NCBI GenBank assembly: GCA_963675755.2
Contig: CAXXMD010000003.1
Coordinates: 897,930-929,929, forward strand
DNA length: 32,000 nt
Source: a bacterium
Lineage (GTDB): Bacteria; Zhuqueibacterota; Zhuqueibacteria; Residuimicrobiales; Krinioviventaceae
Reading direction: 5' to 3'
Translations under genes and position numbers: made by a program
The notes under the pieces: generated by a model
Seen by the model: only the letters and a program-made list of their open reading frames with translations
What the model was told of the DNA's origin: nothing
Database searches by the model: none
Shown: positions 27,168 through 32,000 of the stretch, piece by piece
How the letters are laid out: every line of letters begins with the position of its first letter
Numbering within the stretch: position 1 is the stretch's first letter

Positions 27168-28847
27168 TTATTCTACAAATTCAGCATCAAATGTATCAAC
27201 AATGTTTTGCATTGATTTATTTTCTTTAACCAGCTTTTCAAATTCTTCTTTTTTATCCGGCGGCGGCGCTATCTTTCTCACTTCTTCCAATACGCCTTTT
27301 TTGTCCGGAACACAATTTATCCGCAATGACTGTCCGGTATGGTTTTGTATGGCTTCCTGAATGATCGACTTGTTCCGCTCAACCGTACTCATTTGAAAAC
27401 CATTTTGGGGATTAAAGGAAATTTCCAGAACAGGGCCATTCACCCGTGTTGGCCAGCCTTCGGTTAAACAGGAACCCACATTAATGCGTTGGTCCCGCAC
27501 CTGGTTCAATACTTTTTCCCATACGGCTTCAATATCTTCAAGGGTTAATGTTGTATCTGCTTCAGGAGCTTCCGTATCATCCGTTTTGGATTCACTTTGA
27601 ACCTGGGTAGTATCCGGCTTTTTTATAAGATCAATGGAGAATTTTCTGGCAGGTGCAGGTTTGGCTTGGGCCTGGGGTTGAGCTATATCCGTTTTTTTTA
27701 CGAAATCAGCTTTTTTTTTTACATCATCAAGTCTTTGAAACAACTGATTCACGGTAACGCTCTTGCTCAGTTTGATCATTTTTACAAGCGCCACTTCAAG
27801 ATGCAGACGCGCGTTAGAGCTGCGCCTTATGAGAGTTTCGGTCTCGCTGGCAATTTTCACCAGTCTCAGCAAATCTTCAACCTCAAATGCATCAACAACA
27901 GCCAGGTACCGTTGCGCATATTCTTCGGAAACATCCAGTTCATCTGTAGACTGGGTGGCCTTGGCCACCAGAATGTTTCTCAAATGTTCAGACAAGCCCA
28001 TCAAAAATTCGCTGAAATCATATCCCTCAATAAAGATCTTGGCGGCCAACTGAACTCCGCCCTCAACATCCCCTTGCAGGATCAGATCACTGACCTGAAA
28101 GAACAGTTCCTGATTAATAATTCCCAGCAGATTTTCTACATCCGCACCGGTAATGGTTTTGCCGGCATAAGCAATAATTTGATCGAGAATACTTTGCGAG
28201 TCACGCATACTGCCGTCACCCTTGTTGGCAATATGGCGCAGGGCTTCATCTTCAATCTCGATATCTTCCTGTTTACACAGGTTCTTCAACTGCTCAATTA
28301 ATCCCTTGTTGGTAATACGTTTAAAATCAAAACGCTGACAACGGGACAAAATGGTTGCCGGAAGCTTGTGGGCTTCGGTAGTTGCAAATACAAACAAGAC
28401 GTTTTTGGGGGGCTCTTCAAGGGTTTTCAGCAAAGCGTTAAATGCTTCATTGGTTAGCATATGAACTTCATCAATGATATAGATACGGTGTTTTCCGGGA
28501 TTGGGAGAATAGCGCAAACTCTCACGCAGATTCCTAACCTCATCAATACCACGGTTAGACGCACCATCAATCTCAAAAACATCCAGACTTCGGCTTTCGT
28601 TAATCTCCTGACAGAATGAGCAGGTGTTACAGGGATTGATTGTAGGGCCGTTTTCACAGTTTAAAGCTTTGGAAAGAATTCTGGCCACTGTGGTTTTACC
28701 AACACCACGGGGACCGGAAAAAAGATAGGCATTTGCAAGACGGTTCTGCTCAATGGCATTTTGCAGCGTACGGGTAACGTGCTGCTGGCCCACTACATCA
28801 TCAAAGAACATGGGTCGGTATTTTCTGGCCAAAACCAAATAAGACAT
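27168..28847 (-). CDS. dnaX: DNA polymerase III subunit tau (and candidate gamma), clamp-loader ATPase
   Basis: 559 aa. It has Walker A GPRGVGKTT, a Zn module CENGPTINPCNTCSFCQ, Walker B IYIIDEVHML and sensor/SRC LSRCQRF. A low-complexity linker (PQAQAKPAPARK) follows residue ~385. Confidence 0.95.
   Translation of the reverse strand: MSYLVLARKYRPMFFDDVVGQQHVTRTLQNAIEQNRLANAYLFSGPRGVGKTTVARILSKALNCENGPTINPCNTCSFCQEINESRSLDVFEIDGASNRGIDEVRNLRESLRYSPNPGKHRIYIIDEVHMLTNEAFNALLKTLEEPPKNVLFVFATTEAHKLPATILSRCQRFDFKRITNKGLIEQLKNLCKQEDIEIEDEALRHIANKGDGSMRDSQSILDQIIAYAGKTITGADVENLLGIINQELFFQVSDLILQGDVEGGVQLAAKIFIEGYDFSEFLMGLSEHLRNILVAKATQSTDELDVSEEYAQRYLAVVDAFEVEDLLRLVKIASETETLIRRSSNARLHLEVALVKMIKLSKSVTVNQLFQRLDDVKKKADFVKKTDIAQPQAQAKPAPARKFSIDLIKKPDTTQVQSESKTDDTEAPEADTTLTLEDIEAVWEKVLNQVRDQRINVGSCLTEGWPTRVNGPVLEISFNPQNGFQMSTVERNKSIIQEAIQNHTGQSLRINCVPDKKGVLEEVRKIAPPPDKKEEFEKLVKENKSMQNIVDTFDAEFVE
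27711..27720 (-). other. A10 slippery homopolymer inside dnaX (candidate frameshift / transcriptional-slippage site)
   Basis: The T10 on the plus strand is GUA AAA AAA AAA GCU in the mRNA (V376 K K K A). The -1 frame gives AGC-TGA and the +1 frame gives CTG-ATT-TCG-TAA. See findings. Confidence 0.5.
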
Positions 28848-28876
28848 ATCGTTACCGCTTGCTTGTTAAAATTAAT

Positions 28877-28971
28877 AGCCAGGTGATCCTGCGGCACACA
28901 GATTGAGTACATACCGCTGCTACCTTCCGGTCCTGACGGGGTTTAGCACGCCTCCGTTGCGCAGGGCCTGG
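28877..28971 (-). ncRNA. ffs: Signal recognition particle RNA (small bacterial 4.5S type)
   Basis: The minus strand reads GCCAGGCCCUGCGCAACGGAGGCGUGCUAAACCCCGUCAGGACCGGAAGGUAGCAGCGGUAUGUACUCAAUCUGUGUGCCGCAGGAUCACCUGGC. It contains the conserved helix-8 core GUCAGGxCCGGAAGGxAGCAGC with a GGAA tetraloop and the matching 3' strand GUGUGCCG..GG, as in E. coli 4.5S RNA. The termini pair (GCCAGG/CCUGGC). It lies 29 nt upstream of dnaX, which is the usual position. Confidence 0.85.
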
Positions 28972-29018
28972 CTTACATTTCAAATACATTTTCAATAATG
29001 GCTTTGCAATAGCCACAT

Positions 29019-29049
29019 AAAAAAAGAACTTGTCAAACAATGACAAGTT
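29019..29049 (-). terminator. Intrinsic terminator closing the tRNA-tadA-tRNA unit
   Basis: The minus-strand RNA has a perfect 9-bp stem, AACUUGUCA-UUGUU-UGACAAGUU, followed by C-U7. It begins 5 nt after the 3' end of tRNA-Ser(GGA). Confidence 0.65.
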
Positions 29050-29054
29050 GAAAG

Positions 29055-29140
29055 CGGAGAGGGCGGGATTCGAACCCGCGGTAGGGGTTGCCTACACACG
29101 CTTTCCAAGCGTGCTCCTTAAGCCACTCGAACACCTCTCC
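29055..29140 (-). tRNA. tRNA-Ser (anticodon GGA), class II with a long variable arm; no encoded CCA
   Basis: Sequence: GGAGAGGTGTTCGAGTGGCTTAAGGAGCACGCTTGGAAAGCGTGTGTAGGCAACCCTACCGCGGGTTCGAATCCCGCCCTCTCCG. The acceptor stem is GGAGAGG/CCTCTCC. The anticodon stem is CACGC/GCGTG with loop TT-GGA-AA. The T-loop is GGTTCGAATCC. Confidence 0.92.
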
Positions 29141-29165
29141 GGGTAAAAATAAAGTTTTTTATGTG

Positions 29166-29250
29166 CGGAGAGACAGGGATTCGAACCCTGGGTACCCGAA
29201 GGCACAACGGTTTTCGAGACCGCCCGATTCAACCACTCTCGCATCTCTCC
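29166..29250 (-). tRNA. tRNA-Ser (anticodon CGA), class II with a long variable arm; no encoded CCA
   Basis: Sequence: GGAGAGATGCGAGAGTGGTTGAATCGGGCGGTCTCGAAAACCGTTGTGCCTTCGGGTACCCAGGGTTCGAATCCCTGTCTCTCCG. The anticodon loop is CT-CGA-AA. The variable arm is TGTGCCTTCGGGTAC. Confidence 0.92.
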
Positions 29251-29266
29251 GATTGGTGCGTTCATG

Positions 29267-29722
29267 TTACCGTTTACGGATCTCGGCAAAAAAAGTTTTA
29301 ATAATAGTGCTACACTCTTTTTCCATCACACCGCCTGTACAGGGAACCCTGACATCTAAACGATCATTGTCTGCTATCTGCAATGCAGAACCGCATGCAC
29401 CATATCGGGGATCATATGCTCCAAACACCACTGTCTGGATCCTGGAAAGTAAAATGGCTCCCGCACACATGACACAAGGCTCAAGTGTGGTATACAAAAT
29501 ACTATCTTCTAATCGCCATGAATGCGTTGCCTGTGATGCCGTTTGAATTGCCAGCATTTCAGCATGTGCGGTGGGATCCTGGCGTGTCTCTACCAGGTTA
29601 TGTCCGTTGCCAATGATCTCCCCATTGCACACAATGATTGCGCCTATCGGCACTTCATCTTTGGCATAAGCCTCTTGAGCTTGAGCCAGTGCAAATCGCA
29701 TCCAACTTGAATGATCATCCAT
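29267..29722 (-). CDS. tadA: tRNA-specific adenosine-34 deaminase
   Basis: It has the CDA-fold zinc motifs HAEMLAI and PCVMCAGA, and the N-terminus [31 protein letters not shown] is typical of TadA. The track start (TTG at 29755) would overlap the 3' end of tRNA-Arg, so the ATG at 29722 is preferred. Confidence 0.9.
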   Translation of the reverse strand: MDDHSSWMRFALAQAQEAYAKDEVPIGAIIVCNGEIIGNGHNLVETRQDPTAHAEMLAIQTASQATHSWRLEDSILYTTLEPCVMCAGAILLSRIQTVVFGAYDPRYGACGSALQIADNDRLDVRVPCTGGVMEKECSTIIKTFFAEIRKR

Positions 29723-29746
29723 ATCGGGTGCCGTCGTCTTTATTAG

Positions 29747-29820
29747 CGCGCCCAAAGGGAGTCGAACCCCTAACCTTCTGGTCCGTAGCCAGACACTCTA
29801 TCCAATTGAGCTATGGGCGC
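29747..29820 (-). tRNA. tRNA-Arg (anticodon ACG)
   Basis: Sequence: GCGCCCATAGCTCAATTGGATAGAGTGTCTGGCTACGGACCAGAAGGTTAGGGGTTCGACTCCCTTTGGGCGCG. The acceptor stem is GCGCCCA/TGGGCGC. The anticodon stem is TCTGG/CCAGA with loop CT-ACG-GA. Confidence 0.92.
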
Positions 29821-29837
29821 GTATATTTTTACTTTCG

Positions 29838-29910
29838 CAGCGCATACGGGATTCGAACCCGTGTTACCGGCGTGAGAGGCCAGCGTCCTAAACCCCTAGA
29901 CGAATGCGCC
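29838..29910 (-). tRNA. tRNA-Glu (anticodon CTC)
   Basis: Sequence: GGCGCATTCGTCTAGGGGTTTAGGACGCTGGCCTCTCACGCCGGTAACACGGGTTCGAATCCCGTATGCGCTG. It aligns position by position with the E. coli tRNA-Glu architecture (short D-stem GTC/GAC). The anticodon loop is CT-CTC-AC, and there is a G1-U72 wobble pair. Confidence 0.88.
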
Positions 29911-29925
29911 AACTGTTAGCTTGAA

Positions 29926-29954
29926 AATATAAGAACTTTTTATCTTTTTGTCAA
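29926..29954 (-). promoter_or_regulatory. Near-consensus sigma70 promoter for the tRNA-Glu/tRNA-Arg/tadA/tRNA-Ser/tRNA-Ser unit
   Basis: The minus strand reads TTGACA (29954-29949), exactly 17 nt of spacer, then TATATT (29931-29926). The predicted TSS near 29919 would leave a leader of about 9 nt before the mature tRNA-Glu 5' end at 29910. Confidence 0.6.
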
Positions 29955-29992
29955 CCTTTTTTAACATGTCCATGCGTAAATAAAAAGTGTGG

Positions 29993-30031
29993 CATCTGTG
30001 TCCATAATTTTGTATATTGTACACACAGATG
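29993..30031. repeat. Perfect 9-bp inverted repeat, CATCTGTGT-N21-ACACAGATG, in the divergent intergenic region
   Basis: The arms are at 29993-30001 and 30023-30031. The spacer is AT-rich (ccataattttgtatattgtac). Confidence 0.6.
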
Positions 30032-30145
30032 TGATGCGGGGATTTACACACTGAATACACCTTAACCATTACAAAACAACGACTTGACTCTATATTGTCA
30101 GTGTTGCTTTTTGGGAACAATTGTTATAAAATGTCGTCAAATACG

Positions 30146-30154
30146 TGGTATAAT
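30146..30154 (+). promoter_or_regulatory. Candidate extended -10 promoter (TGGTATAAT) for the ParA-like gene
   Basis: TGnTATAAT is matched perfectly at 30146-30154, 41 nt upstream of the ATG at 30195. There is no good -35 at 17-nt spacing, but extended -10 promoters do not require one. Confidence 0.4.
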
Positions 30155-30194
30155 TATTGTATTACATTTTCGTACTTGTAAAATAAAGAGAAAA

Positions 30195-31295
30195 ATGGAA
30201 ATGGATGCTTTATACATTAAAACACCGCAGTATCGATACGGCCCACTAAAGACCACAGATGCCCCCTGGTTTATTGAAGAAGGTCTCTCCACCGACCGGG
30301 ATCTTGTCTGGACTCCAAAAACCAATGAATGGACACCCATTGGCAAGATTGAGCAATTTAAACCTTATTTCGACAAGATGAAAAAGAAAACCGGGAGATC
30401 CAAAGTCTACGCGTTTGCCAGCGGCAAAGGTGGAGTAGGAAAAACCGCGATTACCGCTTCAATGGCTATTGAACTGGGTGCACTTGGCAAAAAAGTGATC
30501 ATCGTAGATGCTGATTTAGGTGGTCCTGATCTGCACGAATGGGTTGGCGTTAGCAGGCCTCCCATTACTTTGAATACCTTTTTTCAATACAAAGGTGTTA
30601 AACTTCAACAGCTACTGGTTGAAACCCCTTATCCCAATGTACAACTGATTGGTGGAGAGATTGCAAACATTGCACACTCGAATCCCAATTTCTTTAGCAG
30701 AAGCAAATTCCATAGACATCTGCACCAGCTTGAAGCGGATTTTGTTCTGGTTGACATGAGCCCAGGTGTTTCTTACCAGACGATTGACTTGTTTCTGGCA
30801 TGTGACAATGGAATCATTGTAACCATTCCGGATCCTACATCCTTTATGGATGCGTTCAACTTTATACGGGTCAGCATAATCCGTAAATTACTTAAAGCAC
30901 TTGAATTCTGTGAATTTTCCACAGCCAAGATCAAAGAATTTGAACATTGGGATTGGCAAAAATACGAAAACTCGCTCTACTCTGTGTTTGAGAAAATTCA
31001 AAATTACGATCCTCGTGCCGCGTCTTTCTTTATGGCTACCATTCAAAGTTTTAAACCTAAAATGGTGACCAATATGGTATATAGTGAAGAAGAGGCTTCG
31101 GAAGCAGCCGCATTCAAAGAAAAGATAAAAAAATTACTCATGATCGACATCAATTATCTGGGTTATATCGATTTCAGCAACCAATTGAGAAAATTGACCA
31201 AAGATATGCGCCCATTCGGCTTGTCTACGCCGGACGAAGGTAAAGCATATGAACCCAGCAAGATCCAGCTTTCTTTTCCACAAACTCAAAAATAA
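30195..31295 (+). CDS. ParA/MinD-family P-loop ATPase with an N-terminal GYF_2-like domain
   Basis: It has a deviant Walker A with the signature lysine (FASGKGGVGKTA), an A' motif (VIIVDADLGGPDL) and a Walker B (FVLVDMSPG). The N-terminal ~60 aa (LYIKTPQYRYGPLKTTDAPWFIEEGLSTDRDLVWTPKTNEWTPIGKIEQF) resemble the GYF_2 pattern (GP...G.i..dtlVW...m.eW.p...i.e). The track ORF starts at a TTG at 30084. The ATG at 30195 (MEMDALY...) is preferred because the upstream 37 codons are Cys/Ile-rich junk that overlaps the promoter-like sequence. Confidence 0.75.
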   Translation: MEMDALYIKTPQYRYGPLKTTDAPWFIEEGLSTDRDLVWTPKTNEWTPIGKIEQFKPYFDKMKKKTGRSKVYAFASGKGGVGKTAITASMAIELGALGKKVIIVDADLGGPDLHEWVGVSRPPITLNTFFQYKGVKLQQLLVETPYPNVQLIGGEIANIAHSNPNFFSRSKFHRHLHQLEADFVLVDMSPGVSYQTIDLFLACDNGIIVTIPDPTSFMDAFNFIRVSIIRKLLKALEFCEFSTAKIKEFEHWDWQKYENSLYSVFEKIQNYDPRAASFFMATIQSFKPKMVTNMVYSEEEASEAAAFKEKIKKLLMIDINYLGYIDFSNQLRKLTKDMRPFGLSTPDEGKAYEPSKIQLSFPQTQK

Positions 31296-31299
31296 AAAA

Positions 31300-31323
31300 C
31301 CGGGTGAATTTCACCCGGTTTTA
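31300..31323 (+). terminator. Intrinsic terminator after the ParA-like gene
   Basis: The stem is CCGGGTGA-ATT-TCACCCGG (8 bp, GC-rich, extendable by 2 A-U pairs). A short UUUUA follows and A6 precedes it. It starts 5 nt after the TAA stop. Confidence 0.7.
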
Positions 31324-31388
31324 CATTCCCTATCTCGATGCAGCAACACCCTGACACCTTCTTTGCTCAATATTTTCAATGCCTTACA

Positions 31389-31418
31389 TATAATAAATAA
31401 AATCTTCTATTTATTATA
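31389..31418. repeat. Perfect 11-bp A/T-only inverted repeat, TATAATAAATA-N8-TATTTATTATA
   Basis: The arms are at 31389-31399 and 31408-31418, about 90 nt upstream of the lipoprotein ATG. Confidence 0.5.
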
Positions 31419-31506
31419 AAATTAATCATTTTGTGATCCAGATCGGAATTTGTTTTTCTAAATATTCGTTTAATGAGCAGTTCATTACTCATAAAACAGG
31501 ATTTTT

Positions 31507-31977
31507 ATGCGTCTTTTGACAATATTTCGATTATTTTTGCTATTATCACCCCTGCTCTGGTTATCGTGCGAAATCGATCATGGCCTGGGTACAATGGATT
31601 CCCGTATCTCGGGAAAAATCATTCTGCTGAATCCGGATCAAAAGCCCGATTATGTTGAATCTGTACGTATTGTGGGTGTGGTGAATTTCCCGCCCGAATC
31701 CCTGGGCGATGTAGTATTTACCAATCGTTCGGTCAATTTAAGCAAAGCCGAACCCGATTATTACATTCCGGCTCCTCTTGGCACCTATCATCTGATTGTT
31801 GCTGTTTACAAGGTCAAAGGTAAAGAATGGGATTATTTGAAATGGCTGGGATATTATGGTTTTGATCCTGTTACCTGGGAAAGCAAGGAAACCACAATCA
31901 CCCTTTCCAAAAACCATCCCGTTGCCACAGGTATTGACATTGTTTGCGACTGGTCACTTTTACCGGATGAGGAGTAA
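31507..31977 (+). CDS. Hypothetical small lipoprotein
   Basis: 156 aa. It has a signal peptide with a lipobox (MRLLTIFRLFLLLSPLLWLS-C-E), and a CAGGA lies upstream of the ATG. I recognise no motif. Another ORF starts immediately at ATG 31978 and runs off the window; it is not called. Confidence 0.6.
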   Translation: MRLLTIFRLFLLLSPLLWLSCEIDHGLGTMDSRISGKIILLNPDQKPDYVESVRIVGVVNFPPESLGDVVFTNRSVNLSKAEPDYYIPAPLGTYHLIVAVYKVKGKEWDYLKWLGYYGFDPVTWESKETTITLSKNHPVATGIDIVCDWSLLPDEE

Positions 31978-32000
31978 ATGATGCGGAACAGAATCTATAT

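Noticed and set aside
28852-29919. Track ORFs 28852-29046 (-), 29088-29546 (+), 29092-29289 (-) and 29638-29919 (+).
   Set aside because: They are read across the SRP RNA, four tRNA genes and antisense tadA. The RNA genes explain the sequence conservation. These are not coding.
29040-29960. The tRNA cluster next to a ParA-like gene could be an integration site for a genomic island or mobile element.
   Set aside because: There is no integrase or recombinase, no direct repeat of a tRNA 3' end, and no phage or plasmid genes in the 2 kb to the right. The flanking genes are ordinary lipoproteins. Nothing supports mobility.
30131-30181. A 16-codon uORF (MSSNTWYNYCITFSYL) lies upstream of the ParA-like gene.
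   Set aside because: It overlaps the best promoter candidate (TGGTATAAT at 30146-30154), so it would mostly not be transcribed. It also has no RBS.
29911-30194. The strand-polarity switch (26 CDS and 5 RNA genes leftward, then rightward genes, with a ParA-like gene adjacent) could mark a replication origin.
   Set aside because: Divergent co-orientation is what an origin would give. However, the 284-bp region has no cluster of DnaA boxes; the best matches to TTATCCACA/TGTGGATAA are isolated 6-7/9 hits such as TGTCCATAA. There is no dnaA/dnaN/gidA/parB nearby. Only 2 kb of rightward sequence is visible, so GC-skew cannot be judged. The region is adequately explained as a pair of divergent promoters.
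31352-31366. A sigma54-like -24/-12 element, TGACAC-cttct-TTGC, lies upstream of the small lipoprotein gene. It is of interest because a sigma54-dependent activator is encoded in the window.
   Set aside because: The spacing is right, but the near-invariant GG dinucleotide is GA here. The element also lies ~140 nt from the ATG. No other GG-N10-GC candidate was seen in the intergenic regions. I treat it as a chance near-match unless a genome-wide sigma54 motif scan scores it.

Overview
This window is a dense, almost entirely housekeeping chromosomal segment from a moderately AT-rich bacterium. I cannot assign a phylum from sequence alone. Many genes have GAGG-type ribosome-binding sites, and TTGACA/TATAAT-like promoters are visible. 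Positions 1-29910 carry 26 CDS, 4 tRNAs and an SRP (4.5S) RNA, all on the minus strand, often only 4-50 nt apart or overlapping. From right to left they are: tRNA-Glu, tRNA-Arg(ACG), tadA, tRNA-Ser x2, ffs, dnaX, ybaB, recR, pgpA, cinA, thpR, recA, recX, a Cys/Met PLP enzyme, alaS, a GGGP-synthase-like gene, a PHP phosphoesterase, a BatA/vWA membrane protein, hflX, a sigma54-dependent response regulator, a secreted beta-propeller, folC, rho, rpmE, prfA, prmC, a phosphohexomutase, a lipoprotein, rnr and an FNR-like oxidoreductase cut off at the left edge. At 29911-30194 the gene polarity flips. The plus strand then carries a ParA/MinD-type ATPase with an N-terminal GYF_2-like domain, a small lipoprotein, and the first 23 nt of another ORF. 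I see no CRISPR array, transposase, integrase, phage genes, toxin-antitoxin pair or recognisable defence system, and I cannot honestly point to a clearly novel multi-gene system. The observations most worth a second look are: (1) an A10 slippery tract in dnaX with stops in both alternative frames, a candidate gamma/tau switch; (2) tadA embedded in a tRNA operon right after its substrate tRNA-Arg(ACG); (3) a translationally coupled hflX / orphan sigma54 response regulator / stand-alone sensor-type beta-propeller / folC string; (4) an archaeal-type GGGP synthase homolog tightly followed by an orphan CpsB-like PHP phosphoesterase and a BatA/vWA membrane protein; (5) a monocistronic GYF_2-ParA fusion behind a palindrome-bearing divergent promoter region. 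All functional calls come from motif recognition by eye. No database search was run.
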